Assembly (NCBI GenBank): GCA_001804565.1
Contig: MHAC01000069.1
Coordinates: forward strand, 824 to 64,823
Direction: 5' to 3'
Origin: Ignavibacteria bacterium GWF2_33_9
GTDB taxonomy: Bacteria; Bacteroidota; Ignavibacteria; Kapaibacteriales; UBA2268
DNA length: 64,000 nt
Positions 46,317 to 56,072 of this stretch are shown here, one piece after another; within the stretch, counting starts at the first letter, position 1; each line of letters starts with the position of its first letter. The notes beneath the pieces were generated by a model, which ran no database searches, was not told the DNA's origin, and worked only from the letters and a program-made list of their open reading frames with translations. Both the position numbers and the translations under genes were made by a program.

Positions 46317-46823
46317 ATGAAATTAAAGAAGAATAAAATATCATTCAAATTTTACTCCATAATATTGATTTTCTCAATATTAAGTTCTTCTTTTGGTTTC
46401 ACTTTTTATTATCATCATTGCAAAACCTCAGGTAAGAGTACTGTTTCATTTGTCTCCAATCAAATCGTGAATCATGTTCACAATGCTGTGGAAACAATGC
46501 CTTGCTGTTCTCCCGAATCACATAAGAAAATTTCATATGATATTCAGAATGAACTAAAGTTAAATAAAGATTGCTGTACTCAGGATGAGGATAGTTACTC
46601 ACTATCTGAATTTAATTTTGCAGAAAAATCATTTAATTTAATAGTATCTACGAAAGCTTATATTTTTGCAAAAGAAAGTATTGAAAACTCAAAAGTCGTT
46701 GAAAGTTTAGAAAAATACTATAAGTACTACAAAAACAAAATTGTCAAACCTTTCACATCTCTTTTGAGATTGATTTCGCAAGTCTATTCTTCAAATAGCG
46801 AAGATAACACTCCTACTTCCTAA
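46317..46823 (+). CDS. Membrane-anchored small Cys/His-rich protein (resembles the HYC/CC-motif small proteins found beside TonB-dependent receptors)
   Basis: N-terminal anchor ending GFTFYYHHCKTSGKSTVSF, then HVHNAVETMPCCSPESHKK and NKDCCTQDED. The family assignment is from memory only. Confidence 0.55.
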   Translation: MKLKKNKISFKFYSIILIFSILSSSFGFTFYYHHCKTSGKSTVSFVSNQIVNHVHNAVETMPCCSPESHKKISYDIQNELKLNKDCCTQDEDSYSLSEFNFAEKSFNLIVSTKAYIFAKESIENSKVVESLEKYYKYYKNKIVKPFTSLLRLISQVYSSNSEDNTPTS

Positions 46824-46852
46824 TTAATTTTATCACAAAATGATGTTTTTCT

Positions 46853-46872
46853 ATATTGCTTAATCGCAATAT
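46853..46872. promoter_or_regulatory. Inverted repeat ATATTGC-N6-GCAATAT between the small Cys-rich gene and the receptor gene
   Basis: Read directly. It has 7-bp arms and no U-tract, so it is more likely an operator or a processing hairpin than a terminator. Confidence 0.2.
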
Positions 46873-46916
46873 TACTTTACAATATTTATTTACAATTAAT
46901 TACGGAGACGTATAAA

Positions 46917-49178
46917 ATGAAAATCAAGATCATATTTCTAATATTTATAATTATTATATCGCTTAATCATGCATTTTCAAAAGAAATAAAAGGATTAGTA
47001 AGCGGCAAAACGGGTGATAATAAATTAGTCCCTTTACCAAATGCGAATTTACAAATTTTAGGAACCAACAAGGGTACTTTAGCAAATAAAGATGGAGAAT
47101 TCACATTAGATATGCAAGGTAACGACAAAGTTATTATTAGTTACGTTGGATACAAAAAAGATACTATTGAAGTTGAAAACAATAATAAATTTTTCAATAT
47201 TGTTCTTTTACCCGAATTAGTATTTGATGAAGTACTTGTAGAAGATTTCAAACCGGAGTCATCTATTGACCATTCAGAAATGGTAAAATCCGAAGTTATT
47301 ACTTCTCGTGGACTTCAGAAAGCAGCTTGTTGCAATCTTTCTGAAAGTTTTCAAACAAATCCATCAGTTGATGTTACTTTCACAGATGCAATTACAGGTG
47401 CAAAGCAAATTCAGTTACTTGGACTGAATCAAACATACACACAGCTATTAACTGAAAAAGTTCCAAACTTGCAGGGCTTAGCATCAGGTTTTGGCTTAGG
47501 ATATGTTCCAGGACCTTGGATGAATTCAATTTATATTTCCAAAGGTGCTGCTTCAGTATCTACAGGATATGAATCTATCACCGGTCAAATTAACGTTGAC
47601 TATAAATATCCTGAACAAACTGACAAATTATATGTAAACCTATATTCAAACGATGTACAAAGAATTGAAAGCAGTTTAATAACAAAATATAATCTATCTG
47701 ATAAACTCCAAAGTGCTGTATTTTTGCATGCAAATACTATGAGAAAATTAGTTGACGAAAATTCTGATGGATTTGCTGATATTCCCAAAAATGACCAGAT
47801 TGCAGGATTGGTTAGATTAAATTATGATGGTGATATTTACGAATCTAAAACTATATTTCAAACAACTTATGATTCCAAGCAAGCCGGTCAAATCGATTAT
47901 CTAAAAGGATCTGATGATTTTTGGGGTGCAGATATAGATGTCTTAAGAAATCAAATTATTACTAAAAATGGATTCATTTTCCCAGGTGAACGCTTCAAAA
48001 GTTTTGGTACAATCTTTGCATTTACTAATCATCAACAGAAATCAATGTTTGGTGCTCGAAATTATGATGCAGAACAAAACGCTTTGAATATTAATTTTAT
48101 TTGGCAATCAACTTTCGATAAACCCGATTTAACAGAAGAAGAGCATAATGAAGCACATTCTGAAGATGAAGAATGGGAAAAATCTGCAAAACATAGTTAT
48201 AATACCGGTATTAGTTTTAATAATAACAACTATTTGCAAAATTTCGACAATACCTTGTATAATTTTCATGAAACAGTACCGGGTTTATTTTTTGAATATA
48301 CTTATTCCGGTATCAAAGATTTAGTTTTAACTGCCGGAGTTAGAAGTGATTGGCATAATTTATACGGTACATTGATTACACCTCGATTCCACTTGAAATA
48401 CAAATTAGATGAATTCAATACAGTTAGGGCTTCAATGGGTAAGGGTTATCATAATCCTTTACCTTTTGCAGAAAATATGAATGTACTTTCTTCTTCCCGC
48501 AATATAATATTCGACGAAAAACTCAAATCTGAAGAGGCTTGGAATTATGGTATAAATACAACGCATGATTTAAATCTATTAGGATTTTACGTTGTATTAA
48601 ATACTGAATATTATCGCACAAATTTTGTAAATCAAACTATTGTAGATTTAGAAAAAACTCCCGGAGAAGTTCATTTCTACAATCTAAAGGGTAATTCGTA
48701 TTCCAATAGTTTTCAAATTGATGCAAACATTGAATTCTTCCCGGGATTGAATTTTATGGCTGCTTACAGATTAAATGATGTGAAAATCACAATTAATGAT
48801 GAATTGCTGCAGAAACCTTTGATAAGTAAAGATAAATTCTTTTTGAACCTCTCCTATGCATTAGGAAGAAATAATTGGAATTTCGATTTTACTACAGAAT
48901 ATAATGGTGGTGGAAGATTACCAAACACTAGCAATTATCCGGCAGAATATCAATTGGGAGAATCGTTCCCATCATTTGTATTATTTCACGGACAAATTAC
49001 AAAAAGATTCAAATGGATTGAATTATACGTAGGTGGAGAGAACTTGGGTAACTTTACTCAAAAATTTCCTATACTTGCTGCAAACGATGTTGCCAGCCCT
49101 TACTTTGACTCTTCTTTGATTTGGGGACCTATTCACGGACGGAAAATCTATTTTGGAACAAGATTAATTATTAACTAA
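46917..49178 (+). CDS. TonB-dependent outer-membrane receptor with N-terminal CarboxypepD_reg-like domain
   Basis: N-terminal GLVSG...LPNANLQILGTNKGTLANKDGEFTL...ISYVGYKKDTIEV. Plug region LQKAACCNLSESFQTNPSVDVTFTDAITGAKQIQLLGL. Long beta-barrel ending GRKIYFGTRLIIN. Confidence 0.8.
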   Translation: MKIKIIFLIFIIIISLNHAFSKEIKGLVSGKTGDNKLVPLPNANLQILGTNKGTLANKDGEFTLDMQGNDKVIISYVGYKKDTIEVENNNKFFNIVLLPELVFDEVLVEDFKPESSIDHSEMVKSEVITSRGLQKAACCNLSESFQTNPSVDVTFTDAITGAKQIQLLGLNQTYTQLLTEKVPNLQGLASGFGLGYVPGPWMNSIYISKGAASVSTGYESITGQINVDYKYPEQTDKLYVNLYSNDVQRIESSLITKYNLSDKLQSAVFLHANTMRKLVDENSDGFADIPKNDQIAGLVRLNYDGDIYESKTIFQTTYDSKQAGQIDYLKGSDDFWGADIDVLRNQIITKNGFIFPGERFKSFGTIFAFTNHQQKSMFGARNYDAEQNALNINFIWQSTFDKPDLTEEEHNEAHSEDEEWEKSAKHSYNTGISFNNNNYLQNFDNTLYNFHETVPGLFFEYTYSGIKDLVLTAGVRSDWHNLYGTLITPRFHLKYKLDEFNTVRASMGKGYHNPLPFAENMNVLSSSRNIIFDEKLKSEEAWNYGINTTHDLNLLGFYVVLNTEYYRTNFVNQTIVDLEKTPGEVHFYNLKGNSYSNSFQIDANIEFFPGLNFMAAYRLNDVKITINDELLQKPLISKDKFFLNLSYALGRNNWNFDFTTEYNGGGRLPNTSNYPAEYQLGESFPSFVLFHGQITKRFKWIELYVGGENLGNFTQKFPILAANDVASPYFDSSLIWGPIHGRKIYFGTRLIIN

Positions 49179-49186
49179 AAAAAATC

Positions 49187-49534
49187 ATGGAGTATAAAAT
49201 GAAATACATATTAAGTTTAATGAGCATGTTAATCGCATTCTCATTTATCGCTATTCAGCCTGCTTTTGCAGTTGAAAAAGTTACTGAGACTACTATAAAA
49301 ACAACAGCACAATGTGAAATGTGTAAATCCAGAATCGAAAAGAATTTGAACAAGGTTGACGGAATATTGAAAGCAGATCTGGATTTAACTACAAAAAAAG
49401 TGACTGTGAAATTTGACGAAACTAAAGTAAGCAAAGTTGAAATCAGAAACATTATCAGTAAAATTGGATATGATGCTGATGATGTACAGAAAGATATGCG
49501 AGCTTACAAGAAGCTTCCCAAATGTTGCCAGTAA
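49187..49534 (+). CDS. Secreted heavy-metal-associated (HMA) domain protein with C-terminal Cys-Cys
   Basis: Signal peptide ends AFA|VEK. HMA fold is TTAQCEMCKSRIEKNLNKVDGILKADLDLTTKKVTVKFDE...IGYDADD. The terminus reads KKLPKCCQ. Confidence 0.8.
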   Translation: MEYKMKYILSLMSMLIAFSFIAIQPAFAVEKVTETTIKTTAQCEMCKSRIEKNLNKVDGILKADLDLTTKKVTVKFDETKVSKVEIRNIISKIGYDADDVQKDMRAYKKLPKCCQ

Positions 49535-49544
49535 TTAGATAAAC

Positions 49545-49574
49545 AAAAAGGCTATCATTTTGATAGCCTTTTTT
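49545..49574 (+). terminator. Rho-independent terminator closing the receptor-HMA unit
   Basis: Stem ggctatca / tgatagcc with a 3-nt loop, then T6. Confidence 0.7.
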
Positions 49575-49646
49575 ATAATAAAATCTCAAATCTTTATCTT
49601 GAATTTTCGTAATTTAGTATCCAAAAATTAATAAAGATTTCAATAT

Positions 49647-52457
49647 ATGAAAAAATACATTATATATCCCCTCCTATTTATTTTCTTTACTTTTTTTGTT
49701 AAAGTAAATGCAATGCAGGATTCATTAATTGTAAAACTCAATAAAAGTTCTAAAATAAATTTGGACAAAAATATAATAAAACAATTTTCATTGCGAAATT
49801 TAATAAGACCGCAACTTCTGGCAAGTATAAACAATTCAAAAGAGAATAATCAAACTCTTTCTAACTCGTGTTCTAATCTATCAAGAATTTTCATTTTAAA
49901 ATATCAGAGTGATATCCCGAAGAAAAAGATTATAGACTATCTGCAAAGCACCAAACAATTCGAATATGTTGAAGAAATTCCTGAACGACACTTGTTCCTA
50001 ATTCCCAATGATTCCCTTTTTTCAGAACAATACTATTTTGATTTACTCCAAATCTCTGAGGCATGGGATTCCATTAAGGTAAAAACACAAATTATTGTAG
50101 GAGTGGTTGATACCGGAGTTGATTATGACCATCCTGACTTAAATGCTAATATTTGGAATAATCCTGGTGAAACAGGTTTGGACAAGTATGGAGAAGATAA
50201 AAGATTCAATAATATTGATGATGATGAAAATGGATTTATAGATGATTGGCATGGGTGGGATTTCGTATCAGATTCATTAGGTGAAGATAATGACCCTTTT
50301 CCCGGACACGGCCACGGAACACATGTTTCTGGTACAATTGCAGCAGTTATTAATAATACGATAGGTGTTGCCGGAATGTGCGATTCTATTAAGATATTAC
50401 CTATAAAGGCAGCACAAGACAGTCCATTTTCAACTTCTGTAGAAAATACCTATGAAGGGATTTTATATGCTGCAAAAATGGGTGCCAAAGTAATAAATTG
50501 TTCTTGGGGCGGCTCTTCAAAATCAATTGCAGAACAGGAAGTAATTAAAACTGCTATTGAACTAGGTACAATAATTTGTGCTGCAGCCGGAAATAGCGGA
50601 ATAGACGGTGCATTCTATCCTGCTGCTTATGACGGAGTGATTTCGGTAGCTGCTACAGACCAAGTTGATGAAAAAGCATCATTCTCGAATTACAATACCT
50701 CAGTTGATGTATCAGCTCCGGGTGTTGATATTCGTTCGACAACTCCATGGAATACATATTCATCTTGGAATGGAACTTCAATGGCTTCTCCAATTGCCTC
50801 CGGAGTTACGGCAATGATTAGAATGGTGCATCCTGAATATACTCCAATTCAGGCAGGAGAGCACCTTAAAGCAACTGCGACTTCGGTTGATTCTATCAAT
50901 CCGTTCTTCAAGGGAAAACTCGGCAGAGGTCGTGTAAATGCTTTACAAGCAGTAATTACTTCATTCCCTAAAAGTCTTATTGTAAGAAATATGAAAATAA
51001 CTAATGAACTTAATTCGAATCGCTTCATTAGTTCAATGAAATGCAATATTTCAGTTTCAATTGAAAATGTTTTATCTAATATTAATGATTTAAAAATTAA
51101 AGTAGAATGTGTTGAAAATCCTGAAACTGAATTCATACCTAATATAATAAATTATGGTGCTTTTGATTCAAATCTAAAAACAGAACTGCAAAACTGTTTT
51201 GAATTTTATTTGCCTGTAATTTCAATGCCTGATTATCAGTTTACTGTAAATTTATATTTCTACGATGCTGATACTTTGTTGAATCAAACATCAAGTTCCA
51301 TTATTATCAATCCGTCTTTTTTGGATTTTAAAAATAATAAAATTTCAACAACTTTCAATAGCCGTGGGAATATTGCTTTCAACGATTATCCCGAAAATAC
51401 ACAAGGAATTGGATTCAAATACCTCAATTCAGACAATCTGCTTTACGAAGGTTCCCTGATGATTTGCCGTGACACCTTACTTTCAGATGTTGCAAGAAGT
51501 GGTATACAAGATGTACAAAATCAAGGTTTTCAAATATCGAAGCAATTGGAATATTTGCCAATAATGAATCCTACTTTATTAGAAGGATCTACAGATCTTG
51601 AAGAAAATATGTTTTTACTCCAAAAGATTGGTTTAAAAGTACATCAGACCATTTATCAAAATAAATTTCCGGATAATACCATTTACTCAATATATGATAT
51701 TATTAACCTAGATGATGTTATTAAAGATAGTGTTTATTTGGGTTTGTATTTTGATTGGGATATTGGTATTTCCGGATTAGAAAATCAAACATACTGGGAT
51801 CATGAACATCAGGCAGCAATTGTTTACAATGCATTAGTAGATTCACTGCCAAAAATTGCAATTACAATGCTTTCTAATCATAAAAATAATTATTGGGCAA
51901 TAGATAATGATGGTACCAGTGAGGATAATCCCGGAGTTTGGGACGGTTTTCTTGATAATGAAAAAATCAGATTATTAAAATCAGGCATTGGAAGAGATAC
52001 TTCAGGAACTACCGATGTTTCCGTTGTACTCTCCGCAGGACCAATATTCTTAGATCGTCTTGATACTGCGAGAGTTACTTTTGCTCTGACTGCAGATGAT
52101 ACTATTGAAAATTTGAATAAATCAATAATTAATTCCCGAACATTCTCTGCTGAAGCAAATTTGGATAATTCAGATATAAATAAACCTGTTTCAAAATCAA
52201 TCATTAAATCAATTTATCCTAATCCAGTTAGAAATAATGAAACTCCAAAGATGATTTTTGAAATCAAGAAAGATGGCTTTATTCAAATTGCTTTGTTTGA
52301 TTTATTTGGCAGGAAAGTAAGAACATTAATTTCCGGAAATTACGATGCAGGAAGATATATTTATACACTTGATTACCTGAATTTGCCAATAGGTGCTTAT
52401 TTTATCAGATTAGAAAATAAGAGTGCAACAACCACTTATCCAATTATAATTTACTAA
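49647..52457 (+). CDS. Secreted S8 subtilisin-family peptidase with large C-terminal extension and T9SS sorting domain
   Basis: Triad motifs are VGVVDTGVDYDHPDL, GHGHGTHVSGT and NGTSMASPIASG. T9SS tail is IYPNPVRNNETPKMIFEI...LPIGAYFIRLENKSATTTYPIIIY. Confidence 0.85.
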   Translation: MKKYIIYPLLFIFFTFFVKVNAMQDSLIVKLNKSSKINLDKNIIKQFSLRNLIRPQLLASINNSKENNQTLSNSCSNLSRIFILKYQSDIPKKKIIDYLQSTKQFEYVEEIPERHLFLIPNDSLFSEQYYFDLLQISEAWDSIKVKTQIIVGVVDTGVDYDHPDLNANIWNNPGETGLDKYGEDKRFNNIDDDENGFIDDWHGWDFVSDSLGEDNDPFPGHGHGTHVSGTIAAVINNTIGVAGMCDSIKILPIKAAQDSPFSTSVENTYEGILYAAKMGAKVINCSWGGSSKSIAEQEVIKTAIELGTIICAAAGNSGIDGAFYPAAYDGVISVAATDQVDEKASFSNYNTSVDVSAPGVDIRSTTPWNTYSSWNGTSMASPIASGVTAMIRMVHPEYTPIQAGEHLKATATSVDSINPFFKGKLGRGRVNALQAVITSFPKSLIVRNMKITNELNSNRFISSMKCNISVSIENVLSNINDLKIKVECVENPETEFIPNIINYGAFDSNLKTELQNCFEFYLPVISMPDYQFTVNLYFYDADTLLNQTSSSIIINPSFLDFKNNKISTTFNSRGNIAFNDYPENTQGIGFKYLNSDNLLYEGSLMICRDTLLSDVARSGIQDVQNQGFQISKQLEYLPIMNPTLLEGSTDLEENMFLLQKIGLKVHQTIYQNKFPDNTIYSIYDIINLDDVIKDSVYLGLYFDWDIGISGLENQTYWDHEHQAAIVYNALVDSLPKIAITMLSNHKNNYWAIDNDGTSEDNPGVWDGFLDNEKIRLLKSGIGRDTSGTTDVSVVLSAGPIFLDRLDTARVTFALTADDTIENLNKSIINSRTFSAEANLDNSDINKPVSKSIIKSIYPNPVRNNETPKMIFEIKKDGFIQIALFDLFGRKVRTLISGNYDAGRYIYTLDYLNLPIGAYFIRLENKSATTTYPIIIY

Positions 52458-52514
52458 CAAAAAAAGGCTGCACTGAATAGAGCAACCCTTTGAATAAGAC
52501 AATTGCAAATTAGT

Positions 52515-52892
52515 TTATTTTGCAGCAGCCATAATTGCATCGACAAATCTCTTGTAAACTACAGCATATTGTCCTGAAAGTTTAGCTCTATTCATAAATA
52601 TCAAAGTATTTTGAGCTAAATCTGCGGGGTAATCAATTACAACTGTATCAGCACCAGTTTTCTTTTGAGCTGACATATCTTTCAAAACGTCTGTAATATG
52701 TTTATCAACAGCCATAAATGCATCAACTTCTTCACCTTTAATTTCAACACTTTTTAATGTTTGGCTAACAAATACCAAATCACCAAGAACAATTGATGGT
52801 TTTAAAATTTTCACATCTTGTTTCTGATTGTTTTGTGCAAAAGTTAAAACGGGCACTAGTGCAAAAAGTAATAAAAATAATGCTTTTTTCAT
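52515..52892 (-). CDS. Small secreted protein, unknown function
   Basis: 125 aa. Signal peptide ends TFA|QNN. It is the last gene of the minus-strand run that begins at ygiQ. Confidence 0.55.
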   Translation of the reverse strand: MKKALFLLLFALVPVLTFAQNNQKQDVKILKPSIVLGDLVFVSQTLKSVEIKGEEVDAFMAVDKHITDVLKDMSAQKKTGADTVVIDYPADLAQNTLIFMNRAKLSGQYAVVYKRFVDAIMAAAK

Positions 52893-52905
52893 AATAAGAA
52901 ACCTC

Positions 52906-53844
52906 TTATAAGTTTAAATAAAAAGAAAATTTATGCAAATTTAATGATGAATTGTACATTGATAATCCATAGTCAAAATTAACGTATTCAGTTCTAATTC
53001 CAATACCACTGCTAAATCCTGAAAAACCTTTATCCAATTCATTGGTAATTACTGTGCGAATATGGTTATCAAATCCCAATCTTAATTGAACATAATTGCC
53101 AATGCTGAATTCACCACCAACAGAAAAACTTTTGAACTTTTGAAAAAATGTATCAGTTTTATCTGCTAAATGATTAAATGAAGCATTGAATAATAAGGGC
53201 ATACCCTTTAATTGATGATTAAAACCAATTCTTAAATCAATTGGTAAAGGTTCAAAATCTCCATTAAAAGTTGTCACTTGACTTCCCACATTCAATAATG
53301 AAAGTCCAAGATTAGTCCTGCCATCCTGCAATTTATAAAATAAACCAAAATCACAGGCAAAAGCTGATGAAGAATATTTTTCAACATTTGCAAAAATATA
53401 CTTTACACCCACACCATAATTGATATTAGAGTCTATCTGATTAGCATAGTGCATTCCTAAAGTTAAATCATTTGCAGAAAAGGTACCTGAAATATCACCA
53501 CTACTATTCGCATAATCAAATGAACCAAAATTAGTGTACATTGCATTAACGGCGATTTTACCACCTTCCCATTCAAAAGGTAATTTGTAAACAACATTAC
53601 CGGAATTGATGTCCAGAGCATGCTTGAAATATGTAATGGAAAAATTATTATCCGTAGTTGAGTATAAAGTAGCAGGATTATAATATATTGAAGAAATATC
53701 ATTTTCAATTGTCACAAAACTTCCTGCCAATCCGGCAGCTCTTGCACTACCTGCAAAACGAAGGAAATTGAAAACATTCGATGCTTCCACATTATAGGAA
53801 GATAAAACTAATAAAATTAAAAAATAAACCGGTTTATATTTCAT
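52906..53844 (-). CDS. PorV/PorQ-family outer-membrane beta-barrel protein (T9SS-associated)
   Basis: Signal peptide, then NFLRFAGSARAAGLAGSFVTIENDISSIYYNPATL, which I recognise as the family N-terminal motif. Alternating beta-strand pattern runs to the C-terminus. Confidence 0.55.
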   Translation of the reverse strand: MKYKPVYFLILLVLSSYNVEASNVFNFLRFAGSARAAGLAGSFVTIENDISSIYYNPATLYSTTDNNFSITYFKHALDINSGNVVYKLPFEWEGGKIAVNAMYTNFGSFDYANSSGDISGTFSANDLTLGMHYANQIDSNINYGVGVKYIFANVEKYSSSAFACDFGLFYKLQDGRTNLGLSLLNVGSQVTTFNGDFEPLPIDLRIGFNHQLKGMPLLFNASFNHLADKTDTFFQKFKSFSVGGEFSIGNYVQLRLGFDNHIRTVITNELDKGFSGFSSGIGIRTEYVNFDYGLSMYNSSLNLHKFSFYLNL

Positions 53845-54319
53845 TATTGAGAAATTTTTGTTTGAGTTTATTTATATCACTCATAAATACTTCAGGAACT
53901 CTCACTGCTTTTTTTGTATCTACTTTCATAAAAAGATGAGTCGTATGCCCTGAAGCTATTAAATCATATGCCCTGAAGACGTTATAATCAAATCTTAATT
54001 TTGCATTAATCGAATTTAATTTTAATATCGCTTCAATTTCCAAAATATCATCATAAGTTGCTGCATTAAAATATCTAACATAAGATTCCACAAGTGGTAA
54101 TTGGTAACCTGATTCTTCTAATTTTGAGTAAACAAGACCAAATGAACGCATTAATTCTGTTCTGCCGACTTCAAAAAATGCTAGGTAATTTCCATTATAG
54201 ACAAATCCCATTCTATCAGTATCTACGTATCTGACCCTGATGGGATAACGGTTTTTAATAATAATTCCTTCTTCAGTATTTATGATTTCTTTACTTTCTT
54301 TTAGAAAATGTTCTTTCAT
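53834..54319 (-). CDS. Acyl-CoA thioesterase, YbgC/4HBT hotdog family
   Basis: YPIRVRYVDTDRMGFVYNGNYLAFFEVGRTELMRSFG carries the catalytic Asp motif. Confidence 0.8.
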   Translation of the reverse strand: MKEHFLKESKEIINTEEGIIIKNRYPIRVRYVDTDRMGFVYNGNYLAFFEVGRTELMRSFGLVYSKLEESGYQLPLVESYVRYFNAATYDDILEIEAILKLNSINAKLRFDYNVFRAYDLIASGHTTHLFMKVDTKKAVRVPEVFMSDINKLKQKFLNNEI

Positions 54320-55270
54320 CTATTTGTTATCTTTTGGTAAACTGTTTAATATTTCAGTAATTCTTTCAAATTGTTCTTTGGAAGCAAAATCTATTTCAAT
54401 AGTACCTGAATCTTCTGTTCGAGCTCTTATAGTAACTTTAGTGCCAAAATGATGTCGAAGTCTATCTTCTTCTTTCGAAAGAAACACCTTCAATTTTTCC
54501 TGTAATTCTGTTTTTTCCTTCTTCCCGGGTTGAATGAAATGATTATCTTCAAATAGAAGTTTTCCCTGCTGGACATCTTTCACTATTCTTTCCACCTGAC
54601 GAACAGAAAGGGTTTTGTCGATTATTTCCTTTTCCAAAACCATTATCTGTTCTTTAACAGAAAGACCGAGTAGTGCTCTTGCATGCCCCATAGAAATCAA
54701 ACCTATGCGAATATCTTCCTGTACTTTTTCTGGTAATTTGAGCAGTCTTATTAAATTCGTTACAGTCGAACGATCTTTGCCGATTCTATCGGAAACCTGT
54801 TCCTGCGTGTAATGATATTCTTCAATTAATCTTTGATAACTGTATGCAAGTTCTATTGGATTAAGATCAACTCGCTGAACATTTTCGATAATTGCCATTT
54901 CAATTAACTTAACATCCTTTTCGACCTTAATAATCAATGCTGGAATTTTCTTTAATCCGGCTATTTTAGAAGCTCTTACCCTTCTTTCACCGGAAATCAA
55001 TTGATATTTATCTCCAACTTTTCGCACGGTAATAGCCATAATTATACCGTGATTTTTGATTGATTCTGCTAATTCATTTAAAGAGGTCTCATCAAAATCT
55101 ATTCTTGGATTAAACTTATTTAAATCAATTTTATTTATATCAATAAAATCAAATAAATCAGTATTAGCAGTAGTTTCGGAATCTATATTCTTGATTTCAA
55201 TTTTTGGAAGCAATGCTCCCAATCCTTTTCCTAATCCAAATTTTACTTTTTGAGGTGATTTTGATGCCAT
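54320..55270 (-). CDS. parB: Chromosome partitioning protein ParB
   Basis: Motifs NPRIDFDETSLNELAESIKNHGI, ISGERRVRASK and the HTH QEQVSDRIGKDRSTVTNLIRLL. Confidence 0.9.
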   Translation of the reverse strand: MASKSPQKVKFGLGKGLGALLPKIEIKNIDSETTANTDLFDFIDINKIDLNKFNPRIDFDETSLNELAESIKNHGIIMAITVRKVGDKYQLISGERRVRASKIAGLKKIPALIIKVEKDVKLIEMAIIENVQRVDLNPIELAYSYQRLIEEYHYTQEQVSDRIGKDRSTVTNLIRLLKLPEKVQEDIRIGLISMGHARALLGLSVKEQIMVLEKEIIDKTLSVRQVERIVKDVQQGKLLFEDNHFIQPGKKEKTELQEKLKVFLSKEEDRLRHHFGTKVTIRARTEDSGTIEIDFASKEQFERITEILNSLPKDNK

Positions 55271-55273
55271 TTT

Positions 55274-56056
55274 CTACCCTTTTTTTATAAATTCTTGATT
55301 ATTTTTATAAATTTCATTTGCAAGTGATAAATAATTATGAGCTCCTGTAGATGTAGCATCATACTCAATCACAGGCATATTGAAACTTGGTGCTTCCGCC
55401 AACCTTACATTTCGTGAGATAATTGTTTGAAATACCTTTTTTTCAAAGTGTCTGCGAACTTCATCAATTACAGAATTTGAAATCCGCAATCTACTATCAT
55501 ACATCGTCATTAACACTCCTTCCAAATCAAGTTTTGGATTGAAGTTGAGTTTTATCAGTTCGATTGTGTTAAGAAGTTGTCCTAATCCTTCCAATGCATA
55601 ATATTCACATTGTACAGGTATCAGCACAGAATCAGCAGCACAAAGACCATTAACAGTTAGTAATCCTAATGAAGGTGGAGAATCAACAATGATGAATGAA
55701 TAATCATCTTTTATCTGATTTAATACTTTTTTTAGTCTTGTTTCTCTTTTTTCCTGATTTACTAGCTCTATTTCCGCACCTACCAAATTTATTGATGCCG
55801 GAAGTATTGACAAATTCGGATATTTAGTCTCTACAACCACATCATGAAAGTCGGCTTGTTCAACGAGCAAATCATAAACTGTATTTTCTAAATTTTTTGT
55901 ATCAATACCTAAACCTGAAGATGAATTAGATTGCGGATCTATATCAACGAGCAATGTTTTTTGCCCTAAAATTCCTAATGAAGCACATAAATTGATGGAA
56001 GTCGTTGTCTTACCAACTCCACCTTTTTGATTTGCAATTGTAATTATTTTTCCCAT
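55274..56056 (-). CDS. parA: Chromosome partitioning ATPase ParA/Soj
   Basis: Deviant Walker A is NQKGGVGKTTTSINL, and IIVDSPPSLG follows. Confidence 0.9.
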   Translation of the reverse strand: MGKIITIANQKGGVGKTTTSINLCASLGILGQKTLLVDIDPQSNSSSGLGIDTKNLENTVYDLLVEQADFHDVVVETKYPNLSILPASINLVGAEIELVNQEKRETRLKKVLNQIKDDYSFIIVDSPPSLGLLTVNGLCAADSVLIPVQCEYYALEGLGQLLNTIELIKLNFNPKLDLEGVLMTMYDSRLRISNSVIDEVRRHFEKKVFQTIISRNVRLAEAPSFNMPVIEYDATSTGAHNYLSLANEIYKNNQEFIKKG

Positions 56057-56072
56057 ATTCCTATAATAAAAT

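Noticed and set aside
52463-52491. A possible terminator hairpin (ggctgc / gcaacc) lies between the convergent S8 peptidase and 125-aa genes.
   Set aside because: The 6-bp stem has an internal C.A mismatch and a 10-nt loop, and the U-tract is poor. It is too weak to call.
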